From positions 167,216,001 through 167,280,000 of the forward strand of contig NC_058368.1 in NCBI RefSeq assembly GCF_018350175.1: a stretch of 64,000 nt of DNA. Direction: 5' to 3'. The translations under genes were made by a program, and so were the position numbers. Below the pieces are notes generated by a model, which was not told where the DNA came from, made no database searches, and saw nothing but the letters and a program-made list of their open reading frames with translations. This document shows, piece after piece, positions 48,560 to 61,520 of this stretch (its first letter is position 1; each line of letters starts with the position of its first letter). The stretch comes from Felis catus. Its lineage: Eukaryota.

Positions 48560-49290
48560 GAAGGCAAAACTCTTCCTCCTTCTAGCTATTTGAAGATCCC
48601 AATAGTTTTTAAAAATTACTAGATCCACATTTATCTGACCTCTAAAATTACCAAGTTCACTCATTTCTCTCTTTACTCTTACTACATTTGAAGAACTGTT
48701 GTGTTGCTATCAGGAGCCAGTCACTCTACTAGTGTTATAAGAAGTGCCCTCCTTCATCCCCTCTAAGATTTAACACTCTTCTTACTATGTCATTAGTTTC
48801 TTCCTTTATATTAGCTGTTTCTCATCAGCATACAAGCATGCTCCAATTTTGCTTATGTTTAAAAAAGAAAATTCACCCATTGACCCCATATCCCCCTGTA
48901 TGTATCCCTCCATTTCTTTGCTCCAATTTACAGACAATTTTTTCAAAAGAAATTCTCGTATTCTTATCTCCCATATATTGCCCCCAGGCATTTGCTTTCT
49001 GTCCCACCACTGCACTGATCATTGCTATCACAACCATGCCAGCAACAAGCTCCACCTTGTTAATTATTTGAACACTTCTCTGACTTCATCTTAATTGGGT
49101 TCTCAGTAGCATTTAATGTGGTTGTCTGTTTTCTCTGTTCCTGAAACATGCTCCCTGGTCTCCACTCTGTAGTGGTTTTCTTCATACCTCCTTGACCAGC
49201 CCTTCTCAGACTCCTTTCTTGGTTCCTAGGCATCTAGTTGACCTTGGATTTTGGAACACTCCAGAGCTCAGTTCTGAGTTCTTTTATCAT
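48560..49290 (+). mobile_element. L2 ORF2-region relic
   Basis: ctttctgtcccaccactgcactga...tctcagtagcatttaat...tggttttcttcatacctc. Confidence 0.6.
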
Positions 49291-49329
49291 CTGGTGGGAG
49301 CAGTAGATAATAATTATGAGGTGAGCTAG

Positions 49330-49670
49330 GGAAGTTGTCCAGGAGAAATGAACCATTTGGCTCATTTTCCATCTTCTTTGCCTGGGGAGCCAGCCAAGGA
49401 AGCTAAGACAGCTTAGTGGGGCAGGAAGAAAACCTATAGAATACAGTATTTAGAAAGTGGAAGTGACCAGCAGTGCTAAATGCAACCAGAAGTTAAGTGA
49501 AATGAGGAGTGAAATACATCCCCTGGATTTTTTGACAGTAAGGTTATTAATGACCTTAGAGAAAACCAGTTCATTGGACATGGACATAAAAGCCAGCTGA
49601 AAGTGGATTGAGCTGTAAATGGTGAAGGAGCTGAGAAACAGGGAGAAGAGACAACTATTAGACAACTAGG
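49330..49670 (-). mobile_element. L2 ORF2-region relic
   Basis: aaatgcaaccagaagttaagtgaaatgaggagtgaaa...aatgaccttagagaaaaccagttcattgga. Confidence 0.6.
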
Positions 49671-52600
49671 TACCGATATACCTTAAAATTTTTCAGGATA
49701 AGTAGTGTGATTTATATGTGTATGTAAGTTAACTTTAATCAGACCCCAATGGGAGGTTAGTTAGCACTTCGAGGAATTCACAGTGGAAATTTATTTTACT
49801 TTTTCCTACAGTTTCTTTGTTTCCAGTGCTCAAAATGGAGCCGGCCATTTAATCAGTTCATTTGGGAATTAGATCACTGCGTTGTAGAAAGGAGTGTGAT
49901 GTCCATTACCACATAAATACATCTGTAAAAGGGCATCATCACTCCTGCTGCCACACCCTATGTTCGAGGGGCAGAGGTGGGTGGGTCACTATGAAGAGTA
50001 TAAATTAATTTCTCTCTTTTTGCTTTTCTTTCCTTATTGTATTTCTTAAGTAAAGTAATCCAGGAATAGGGCCTGCTCGCATTTACCTGGTTTTGAATTT
50101 GTTGCAATCCAGCTTTGGGGTTATTGTTTGTTTTGCAGCTGTCATTCTAGCTTCTGTTATATTCTGTTTCAAAACCAACATTTGAAATCATTACCTTTTA
50201 GATGCCAGTCATATGGGAAAGCACCTGCTATAAATTGCTAGAGTACAAAAATTTTAGTTTCTATACCAACTACTTTTTTTTTTTACATTCAACGCAAATA
50301 GTGCTTAGCTTCAGTTTGCTTCTTAACTTTTAATTCTATCTATATGAATCTCTAGAAAATCAATGTTTGACAGGGAGGTTATATGCAAAACGCAAAGGTT
50401 AGCAAGTACGTGAATTATCCATACATATGGTCTGGGGTTTGGGTATTACTGAGACTTGGAAATCTGGAGAATTTCATCTTGATTATAAAGCCCTGTGGAA
50501 TGCTTCGGGTGTCTCTCCACATGGTGGATGAGATGGGAGAAAACTGGCGGAGGCTCTCCCTTCCCACCCAGTCTAACTGATTGAGACAGGGCAATTTTGT
50601 TGGAAAAGTCTGCTGGCAATCTGTAGGTCTCAGCTTGCTCCTCTATGCCTTGCTGAGAGAAAGAGTTGTTGGAAGAGAATCAAGGCATGAAACTTTTGCT
50701 GCTCTAGTTTAAAGCTTATGAAAGCAAATGATCTCCAGGGCACTAATCCTTTCACCTTGGTAAACATGCAACAAATCTACACGAAAGGAAAGCCGAAAGA
50801 CATCCCATTTCTCCTCCTGCAGCAACTCACATACTACCTGTAGGCTCCAGACTACTAATAGGTGTCTCACGAGTCTCCACAGGAGAAACATCCTAACAAA
50901 ACAAAAAGACAGAAGTCTGAGGGTAAAAAAATCACGAATTCCCATAAAGCCCCAAGTTACTCTGACAAGAAGCCCTGTGTTACTCCTTTGTTTTACTGCA
51001 CAGATAAAGATAGTTTGACAGAAATCAACGTGGGTTGCTAATAGTCATTTTGCTTTATTTTTAAACTCACAACAGGATGTCAGGTTTTGTGTTGTTTCAC
51101 TTTTTAATCAACCCCATTCTTGCCTATTTACTGGCACAAACTCCCTCAGCAACTTGCTGTGTCAGGGAGTGACTTTGAGAGGCAATCTATTAAACTCAAA
51201 CTGAAAGATTTTCCCCCTGTAGATCTGTTTACCAATTTTAATTATTGATTGAAAATTGTTTGCAATGGATAAAAATACATGCTGAAGGCAGGGAATGAAA
51301 ACATAAACACACACGATAGCCTAAAGATTTTTTTTTTCCCTGAGTCATTTTTAAAATATTGGAATGGTTTGTCAGTGTATTTGAGGACACTTGGCAATCT
51401 GTACCAGTGCTTTCATCTCCGGAAATCTAATATCAGGTCAAACTAGTGGTTTTATCAAGCCCTTATCAGCAAACAGGAGCGTGAAAAATAGCATTTGATA
51501 TATAGTCCCTAGAGAAAATGGTGAGGCAACCTGGCACCAAATTACAGCAAAACTCCAATTATGGATGTTATACTAAGATTTTAATCAATAAAACTGTGAC
51601 TTTTCCTCACCAGGGACACATTACTAGGTGAAATACCAAGCTTCTGAGCAGTAGGGGAAGGGAAAGGAAAGGAGGTGAGAGGGTCACTCTACATCTAATC
51701 TTATCATCTTTAAAGACAGCAAGAGAAATTCACTGTGGGAACAAAGCTAGACAACTGTCAGAATAAAAGTGCCCCACCTGAGCAATAGAAAGAAAGACCC
51801 CTCCCCCCCAACTCAGGATAAAGATTTCACCAGTATAAAACACAGTTTTTGTGTTCTACTTTTCACCCTCTTCCCTCCAGTGTAATGATGAGAAATCCTT
51901 TGAAAACTTCAGCTATCACCCACTAAAAACCATTAAACAGAGGTTTGGCAATGACCATGGATTTTCTGCCATCTACAGATGAGACAAATGTAGCTGGAGG
52001 ACTGAATTTTCCCCCTTGCTTCCCCAGAGACAGATTGGGACACGGGGGGGCCCCAGATTAAGAATGTAACGAAGTCTTGATGGGCTGTCATTTCAAAGTC
52101 ATGGGAATGGATCTTTGCCTTACAGAAGGGAAGGGGGTGGAAGGAGGAAGATGGACTCTGAGATCAGACCAAACCTTACAAATACAGGGTAGGTATTCCC
52201 TGAAAGCTAGTGGAGTGACTCCGGATGGACATATAAATATGCCCTCGGTTTCACCAAAAGGCCTGAAGAAAGTAAGATCACAAATGTTGATATAAGATGA
52301 CCTCCAAAGGGACTATGGGAACTATATATACAGCAGCTTCACACTTCCCGTGCTGTGTTGTTGTTGCCTTTAGTTAACTCAGTCCATATTAACATTAGTC
52401 CCCTCTACTCCTAGTATGGCAGTGGTGTGGAATATGAAGGTATGAGACATGTGGCCTTTCCACAGCCAGGCTCTCTTGGCAAAGAGCATGTCGTCATCCA
52501 GTTACCATGAGACCCTATTTAGGAGTTCAAGGGGGTAACCACAGCAAAGGAAGTCTTGGCCTAGAGGAAAGGGAAGTGACAGAGAGGGCTCTTGGTGCTG

Positions 52601-53819
52601 AGGAAGACAGAAAAACCAAGGCAAAAACCATCCTCTTTCCCATCATATGGAAAAACGTGACCCATGAAAGAGAATATAGAAGAGGTAGATAGTTGAATTA
52701 CCTATGCTGTATCTTCTCTCATCTGATTACCTAGAAACCAGAGCCTTCTTTACTCTGGTGAAGGTTTGACAGCATCTTCCAAGTTATACAATTTCTAGCC
52801 AAAATGTTCAGCCTGAAGGCTTTCTAAAACAGTGGTTATTAACCAGTGGCATAAGGACCACAGGTGGAATCCAGAAGAAAACCTAGAGTTGAAAAATACT
52901 TCCCCAACCAAAAGCTTGATATTCTCTTACATTCCCTCTCACTACTCATTCCTTTCACAAATATTTATTTATAATGAAACTGGAATGTAGCAAGTTATAT
53001 TTTTTTGGAACATTGTGTTTTTCTTCTGAACTCCTGTGACTTTCCCCCTAGTCAGCCAGAGGCAAGCACATAGCCTTGAGGAGAAGTCAATTTTGGATAT
53101 TTGTTTTTAATTTCTAAAATAGTCTCTAGAGGCTCAGAAGAGAAGGCCTGAGGGAAGCAAATAGGTTCAAGCCATAAAAATAGAACAGGTGAAAGAATAG
53201 AGGAATGGAGAAATATGCAGGATGGAGGTTGAGGCAGGACAAGCCTGGAGCCCCCAGAAAGGAAGAGGTCACCATGAACTGTAGAGAACTGCTTTGGCCA
53301 GTGCCAGGGGCCTCATGGAAACTTAAAGGCCACCTCTCAGGATTCCAGGAGCACAGCCAAAAACTGGGAGAAAGAGTCATGTGGAATATTCTTTGTGATG
53401 CAGTGAAGTGAAGACTTCCGTTCAGCAGCCTCCTGTGCATCCCCATGAACCCTCCACAAAAGGACCTGTCTCTCTGCCTGGGACTTTCTAAGCTCATCTG
53501 AGCTGACTCTCCTCTCCTTTTACACAAATCCCAAACAAGCATGAGCCCTCAAAACAGAAAACAAGGTGGCCTACAGCCAGGAGGCATTGTTGGCATCAAA
53601 GCCTAGACGGAAACCTGGGAACAAAATGACAGTGGTAGCAGACACATTACAACCTCACTGTGCCCATGTGCTCGGCAGTTTGCTTCCTGGGACCAAAAGA
53701 TCATCAGATGCAATTAAGGCTCTTAAGTAGGTGTAAGAGGTTGAAAAGGGGAGCTTGGGAGAGGGGCAATAGATAACTACAAAGAGTGGAAAGAATGTTG
53801 TGGTAGCTTTTGAAACATA

Positions 53820-54960
53820 GGGGAGAATCTCTTTATACCAGAATTATTGCTTCAGCTGAGTCTTAAATAATTAATAGAATTTAACCACAGGGGAGGTGTA
53901 TTAGTTTCCTTCTGCTGCTGTATAAAATTACAACAAATTCAGTGGGTTAAAACAACAGAAATTTATTATTCTACAATCTGGGGGTCAGAAATCTGAACTG
54001 AGTCTTCCTAGGCTAAAATCAAGGCATCAGCAGAGCTGCGTTGCTTCTGGGGGTTCTAAGAGGAAATCTGTTTCTTGCTTCTAGAGGCTACAACATTCCT
54101 TGGTCCACAAACCCCTTCTTGTCAATAACCTCACTCTGACTTCTGCTTCTTTTATCATCTTAACCTCCCTGACTCTGACCCTCCTCACTATAAGGAACCA
54201 GTGATTGCATTGGTCCCATTTGGGTGATCCAGGCTACTCTTTGCATCTCACAATTCTTGACTTAATCATAACTGCGAAGTCCCTTTTACCATTTAAGGTA
54301 ACATATTCATAGGTTGCAGGAACTACCATGAAGATTTCTTTGGGGAACCACTGTTCTGACTTCTAAGGGAGAGTTCCAGGCAAAGGCAATAGCCAAGAAA
54401 AAGCCCAGTAGGCACAGAGAATAGTAAGTGTGAGTGAAACCCCAAGCTTATAAAGCTAAAACAAAAGGGAACAAGGCAGGGAACAAGTAATGAGTGAGGA
54501 TTCAATGGGGCAGGCAGAGACTAGGTCAGGAAAAGCTTTATATTCCATTTAAGGAACTGGGATTTATGAGGTCGGTAAGAAGTAGTCATTTGTGAATTTT
54601 AAATAGGGACATAACATCATCAGATTTACCTTCTAGAAAACTCATTCTAGCTAAAGTAGTACAATGTATTTTAGAAAGCCCAGGGAAGCTGTGAGGTTCA
54701 ACGCAGGGAAACAAACTACTTTTATGATCCAGGTAAAATTGGTTAGAGCCTGAACTAAAGCAATATATGTAAAGAGGAGTGGGTGAGTTCGAGAGAAATC
54801 ACAGTGTGCCTATCCACAGGGTGTGATGATTGAACTAATGTGGAGGTGAGAAAAGAGTCAAAGATGGTAGCCAGGTTTTTGTCTCCTGTGACTGCATATA
54901 TGGGGGGGCCTCTCTCAGTGCTTTTCACTGAGTTTGAAAATGAGGGGAGGTGGCTCAGAC
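53820..54960 (-). mobile_element. L2 relic split by an MLT1 LTR
   Basis: ttcagctgagtcttaaataattaatagaatttaacca | gagagttccaggcaaaggcaatagc...catcagatttaccttctagaaaactcattctagct. Confidence 0.65.
53897..54365 (-). mobile_element. MLT1C/D-like solo LTR
   Basis: tgtattagtttccttctgctgctgta...ggctaaaatcaaggcatcagcagagctgcgtt...aaggtaacatattcataggtt. Confidence 0.85.
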
Positions 54961-55202
54961 TTCAGATGGACATAGATAACACATTTCACTCTGACCCCAA
55001 TACTCTGATCCTCCTTTTCTGCCTTTTAGTTCTCCTCATTTACCTGTATAAGCTCTAATTACTGAGAGGATTGAGATGCCCAATAGTCCTCCAAATTCAA
55101 AGTGTTGCTTGTATATTATTTTGGCTTCAGTTGGTCCAGTATTTATCTTATTTGTTCAGATGCTACAAATTATCCTTGGAAAATTTGCTGGTTTAGGGTT
55201 GA

Positions 55203-57328
55203 TATAATTGATTTTTGGTGTGTCACCAAGATCTCCCACTTCAAGAATTGGGTGCTTACTCCTCCTGCTATCTGGAGTATTGCTTGAAGAACTCACAGCT
55301 TAGCTCCACTCCAGGAATTCCCCTAAATTGAAGGGAAGTGCCTTACTCAAGGTTTACATTCTCTCCATAGAGGCAATCCACATCCAGTGACTGATCCACA
55401 CAAGAATACAAAGGTCTAACCTCTGGCTTCAATTTGAGATTCAATATGTATTTAATGAGCCCTACTAGCTTTCCAGATCCCTATGGAGTCTAATGAAGGC
55501 TCCCTTGCAACTGAATCAGAAGTTCAACTTCTCCCTCTGCCTAACCCTACTTTCCATACCTCCTTAGAGGGCATCCAGCACTATTACAGCATCTCTCCCT
55601 CATCTCACACCTGTGACTGCTTGGAAAGTAGGGTGTCCCCTTAGGACCAGCTCATGAAGAAGAATATCATGGTGGTTTAGCTTAGTATGCAGATGCAAGC
55701 CAAAAATGGTCTGCCACTTCACTTTCGGAGTGGCCCTGAAAAACATCATTAAGGAAATTCCCCCAGTGGAGTTTCAGGTGGTGCAACTAGCATCCACTTT
55801 GTGTGAAAAATGAAGTGGCCTGAGGCAAGTGTATTACCCAAAGTAGCACATGGCTTGGCTAGTTGGTCAGGAGCCTGGAAGGACAAAGATGGAAAGATAA
55901 GGACAATGAGGCAAAGAGTTATGTGGAGAGAAGAGTGGGCACAAAGTCTAAAGATCTTTTTATCATGTGCTAATGCCACTGGAGATCACCCATCTTACAA
56001 GAGGTACTAATGAACAAAGTAGACAAGGTGATTGAGTAGAGGCTATTACACAGCTTGTGTTGTCAGCCACCCCAATGTCAGAACAGTATTTGCATGGGTA
56101 TTTGTAGAGTATCCACACAGGTGGAATGGGGGCTATGATGGTCCAAACAGCATGGGCTCCCCACTCACTAAGGCTTATCTAGTTACTCTGCTTCCAAATG
56201 GACAATCTGCCATTAATAAGAACAAAACCAAGCCCCCACTATGGCATCCTCCCTTACAGAATAAAACATCACATGGTGGTGAGTCGGTTTACAATGGACC
56301 CCTTCTGTCCTGAAACAGTATAATATAGTTAATTCCAAGATGACAGAGATCCAATGTAATAATAGCCTTGCCATGGAAAAATGTTTGGTTTCCCTAAGGG
56401 ACTGTGCCATATCAAGAGTTCAGTGTTGGTCTCTGTTGCTGGCAGCTGTTCATCTTGCCTAGAATTGATTGAAATAGAATTCTTCCATGAATGGAGATTC
56501 ACACCATATTTTAAGTCACTGCCCAGGCACTCTGGGCCCCTTGAAGCAAGGGACCAGCAAGTAAGGAAAGGAACCACTTTCCTCACGGAGTCATTTATTT
56601 GGAAATGGTATACCAGTTCTGACCCGAGAAGGGTGTGGTGACCATTCTAGAGTTAAGGTCTGAGTCATCCCACCAGATAAACCACCTAGATTAGCTGAGG
56701 TGCCTGTTGAGGCTAAAATAAATCTAGAAGGGGTAGTAAAGGAGGGAGATGATAGCAAGCTGCAGCCCTGAGGCTGTGGTGGTGGCTATGGTTTATCTTG
56801 CAAATCTTACTGTAGTAAGTTTCTCCAGGAAAAGAGATCAACTAGAATCCTAGAGGAGACATTCCTAGATAGGGTGTACCTATTATGCAAGGCATATGGA
56901 TCCAAGTAGTACCAAAGGTGAACTCTGGCATCCCCTTTCACAACTGAGGCACTGATTTCCCATCTGCTGCTTGTATTGTCTGATGATAGCCCTCAGTTAA
57001 GTCCCTCCTCAGGAATTCCCTTCAGCTGTGGGGAGCTGCTTCCTCCAAGGTTACAGCCACACTAAATCGCTAGTCAATGAGCAGTTAACAAAAGCTGGGA
57101 CTCCTTGCTTCAACCCAAGATATCTCAAGAGTCATCCCAGCTTGGGAAGTCCACATGAGTTTGGCTGAGGGCTCTGTTACAACTGCATTGCAGTTCAACT
57201 TCTCCCGCTACGCATTCCAGTTTCACTCTTCCCATCAAAATTGTCACTCCCAAGACCAGTCCCAATAAACCAGATGCACACACATCACCATTGCAGAGTC
57301 AGCTTCCCGTGGAACCCAAATTATAATG
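55203..57328 (+). mobile_element. Deleted ERVL provirus: LTR16C-like 5' LTR (55203 to about 55575), pol remnant, 3' LTR (about 56925-57328)
   Basis: Both LTRs share caggaattccc, caaggtt and agttcaacttctccc. Internal KWPEA...AHGLASWSGAWKDKDGKI...EWAQSLKIFLS resembles ERVL RNase H, followed by the integrase N-terminal segment (caacagcatgggctcccactcactaaggct = QQHGLPLTKA). aataaa in the 3' LTR. Confidence 0.85.
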
Positions 57329-58049
57329 ATTGGCTTCTTTTTTGGTTTGGGGCACACAGTTCAATCTATTATAAAGTCTGTTGTACATTTACAGCACTAT
57401 AAAAATAAAAGCTTTGGTATCCCCAGTTGCATACATTTGAATACCACATACTTTTGATATTATAAACAAGACCAGGTTACTGAGCCTTGTGGTTCATTAT
57501 TCTAAATAAGTCTAAAGCTATTTTTACGGTAACAAAATATAATACACCTGCAAGAATTCCAAAGAATATGGGATATTCTGTCTGCACCATAATCTAACAT
57601 GTTTTAGAAAGAACTTCCTGTGCATCATGTACTCCTGCGAATATTTGCCAGAGTAGAATCTATTATTTTTTCCCCATCATTCTTTAGTTGGATTCAGTGC
57701 TTGGAATACCCTTTGGTCTGCAGACAGTAGCTCAAATGCCATTATTACAGAAAGAAATCGTTTCCTCTGTAATTTCCTACAACTATGTTACAAACATTTC
57801 TTAAAATATGTCTTTAAGGTATGTCTTACCGTATAATGCCCCATCAATACAGAGCAATATTCTTCATTGAACTATTATTAAAGATAAGAATTCAGAGTTC
57901 AGACATGATGGTTTTCCAGGATCAACTTCTGAGTCTCAATAACCTCAGTTTCTTCAATTTAAATATCTCACATTTTCAAAAGTGACATAAAACTAGCAAT
58001 TTTATGTTACCAGTTGACTTTATGTTGTTTCTGTGACTAATGGGATCTC

Positions 58050-58985
58050 TATTTAAAGGTGTCATAGGCTTTTCTCAAGACTATCATGGTCAAAACAGGA
58101 GACTTGACTTCTCCCTACTGCCAAAAAAAGCTGTTCTTTCCCAATCTCAGAAAGTAGCATCAACCCACCTTATTGGTTAAGTCAGACTGTATTTGATTCT
58201 TTTTTTTCCCACTCCAGAAACAAGCCATAAGTAAGTTCTGGCACTTCTATCTCCAAAACAGCCTGAATCTGTCCAGTGCTACCTATCATCACTGCTGTCA
58301 CCCTTGTCAAGCTACTATTCTCTCTATCATACAATAACCTCTAAACTGATCTTCCCACCTCCATTCCTGCCCCCTTAAGGACAGACATAACTATCAATAA
58401 TTTTTTTTTAATACAAAACAAAACATACTGTGATTCTGTTTATCCCTTCAATGCCCCCCACTGATCACAGAATAAAATAAAAGCTCTTTTCCATAGCTTA
58501 TAAGCCACTCTATCAACTCTACCCTTCCTACCATCCTGAGTTCATATCATATCATCTTCTCATGGCTCTCTAGCTCCAGACTCTTTGAGTTTAGTTGTTA
58601 TTGTACTTGTTGTTCAGATATACCAGTTTCCTTTCCACCTTGGAATCCCTGCGCTGTTCTCTGCCTGAAAACATTCTGCCCCATGGTTTCATGTTGTTTG
58701 CTGCATCTCATCTTTAGGATCTGAGCCCAACTGTAACTTTCCCAGAGGTTTCCTTGACCAGCTCCAAAGTAGACTGCTTCTCTTCCCATACATTTGTTAA
58801 TAGATTGTCCTGTTTTACATTTCGTGGTCTTATCACTATCTTTTATTTTAATTTTAGATTTAATGTTTCTCCCTACTACTTCATAAACACCGGGACCTTA
58901 TCTTATTTCTTAATATTTTACCACACTTAGTACTTGATGCTCCATAGATATTGCTGAATGAATGCACAAATGATATGAATAAATA
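58050..58985 (+). mobile_element. L2 3' relic
   Basis: ttctatctccaaaacagcctgaatctgtcca...; ends atattgctgaatgaatg. Confidence 0.7.
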
Positions 58986-58999
58986 ATAACACAAATAGA

Positions 59000-59262
59000 T
59001 TTTTCTATATTTGCATATTTATGCATACGTTTGTATGAATATATATTTATATATAACTATATATTTTTAGTTGTATATAAAATATATTATATCTATAAAT
59101 TTATAATATACAGTTACATATTTTATAAGTAGTTATATAAACATATATTTAATATACGATGTTATAATTATTAATATATCCATATTATATATATTTTATA
59201 GTGATATAGAAATATATATTTTTTAAATAACGTACATAGATATATTTGTATCTCAGTATATA
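59000..59262. repeat. AT-rich low-complexity (TA)n-like tract
   Basis: Directly visible. Confidence 0.85.
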
Positions 59263-60659
59263 GGTCAAGAAGTTTAATCTCAGAGAACAAGTTTTAGGTC
59301 TAATATAAGAGGCATTAAATTAAAGATGTAACCATCAAAAATACAAAATATACACTTCTGTGTTGTTTTTAGTAATGGCAAGGGGTTATACTCAAAGCCA
59401 TATTTTCCAAATCGTAAAACAAATACATTTTCTCATATTTTAAATTTCTATATATTATAATCCATGGCTTTACTTAATGAATTAAGGTATCTTTTATTCC
59501 TAACATTAAAGTAATAGTGCACCTTTTCAGCAGTGGTATCTGAGAATTGAGGGAATAGTATTAAAAGTTCAATAAATATTGTTGAATTGAATGCAAGAAT
59601 GAAGCCCCTACTTTGCAAACAAATGGCCACACACATGGGACAAATAACCACAATCATGGTAGAGTCAGTGATCACAGAACAGCCTTCTCTTGTGTTGATC
59701 TAACTAATTCTGACAGGAAGACAGGGAACTGAGCCCCTGACTATGATCTCATTAATGCCAGGCTCCAACCAACCAATTTAAATGCTACCTGGGTCAGAAA
59801 GCGAAAAATAAATGTGAATGCAACTTCACTATTACAAATGAAATCTCACTAAATTGTAAAGAAAATTAAGATTTTCAAATAGTAGTAGCTTTCTTCTGTG
59901 AATGTTTTCCATAACCTTAATTGTGTCTCTGAAATTTTCCGTTTATACATAATTTATTTTGTTTTATTTAATTTTTTTTTAAGTGAGAGAAAGCAGTGCT
60001 ACTTAATTTTCATATTTGGGCAATGTTAACACCTAAGGAGTGTAGAGTGAATTCAAATTCACACTTCTGCTGCTGCTATTAGTCAGGTGAAGAACATTTA
60101 TTTAAGCAGTGAGATTTAATAATTTCTCATAGTCCTCTTATCTGTGATCTGAACATACCTCAACCCCTGAAAAATAAAGTGCCGTGGTGTCATGGGAAGA
60201 AATCAGGAATATAATTCCATATTTCTCTCATCTCCATCATTCTGAGTGGCCAATAGGAAGCAGAAACAGGCAAGTCTTTCAGAAGAATGTAGAATAGAAA
60301 TGTACACCGTGTATCATTCTTACAACGCATACATTCTGTGTACCTTAGGATAGTAAGGGTTTTGCTATACATGCTTACTCTTGATTGGCATCATTGTCCT
60401 GAAACACTAGTTTGAGAAGAATGTCTAAGGTCCAGTTCGGCAGGGAAGAAGGAGCTAATCATTAATTAACAAATTGGAACTATTTACACAGACTTTAGTG
60501 ACCAGAACTGGGAAATTCCAGGCATAAGTAAACCTAATATTTAACCATGGCATTTTGTGCTTAAAGATGTGGAGAAAATGATGAAGAAAATTAGAGAAGC
60601 TTACTCTCTAATTCCTATGGTTAACATAATTTTTTTAAAAAAAGATACTTTTAACAATT

Positions 60660-61520
60660 TTCTCAACATTAGTTTTTGAGTGCCGACAATGAGCCATATA
60701 TCGTTTTAGGTGCTAAGGACTGCTCAATATACAAAACAGGAAAATCCAGCCCTTATGGAGCTTGTACTATAATGAAAACATTGAAAATAAAACTATCAAA
60801 TATTTATATAGTGTTCATTACATTCCAGACTCTGTTCTAAGTGAATTTTTTAACTTACTAGCTCATTTAATTTTCACAAGAACACGACAGCATGGATATT
60901 GTTGTTTCCTACAACAGTTGGTGGTAGAACTGAGTTCACAACCCAAGTGTTCCAGCTCCAGAGACTGCATATTAACCACTGCTGTATATTGCTTCTTCCA
61001 CACCACGCTGCTTCTTATTCTTTTAGGTACTGAGCTATGGTGGTGACTAAGCCAGAAGAAGTTCCTGTACTCACATAACTCACATTCTGGAGGAGGGAGA
61101 CAGACCATAAACAGATAATGGAATTATTTCTGTTGGTGATTAGAACTGTGGATAAGCCAAAGAGTGCCTGAAAGGAGGACAGTATCATATAGGACAATCA
61201 GGAAATAATTCTCTAAGGAGATGAGAACTGAATGGTAGTATCATGTGAAAGATGTTTGGAACAGAGGGAACAACAAGTGCAAAAGCCCTGAGGCAAGGGA
61301 TCAGCTTAGCATATCTTTGTAAGGCCTGTGTGCCACATGCAGAGTGAGAATGGGGAGGAACCATATGAGATCAGATCAGAGAGAAAGCGCCTGGCCAAAT
61401 CAGAGAGAGCCTGTAGGTCATAATAAGGAATGAGGATTTTATTCTCAGAGCAATGAGAAGCCACTAGAGGGTTTTAAACCAACAGACATACAACATAATT
61501 TAGGTTTTTAAAAGCTTCTA
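60660..61520 (-). mobile_element. L2 3' relics with an intervening MIR (about 60790-60990)
   Basis: ttgagtgccgacaatgagcca...gcccttatggagctt; agagggaacaacaagtgcaaaagccctgaggca; gcaatgagaagccactagagggttttaa. Confidence 0.7.

Noticed and set aside
53126..53542. 138-aa minus-strand ORF
   Set aside because: Non-ATG start, no recognisable domain or splice structure; within chance expectation for 64 kb.
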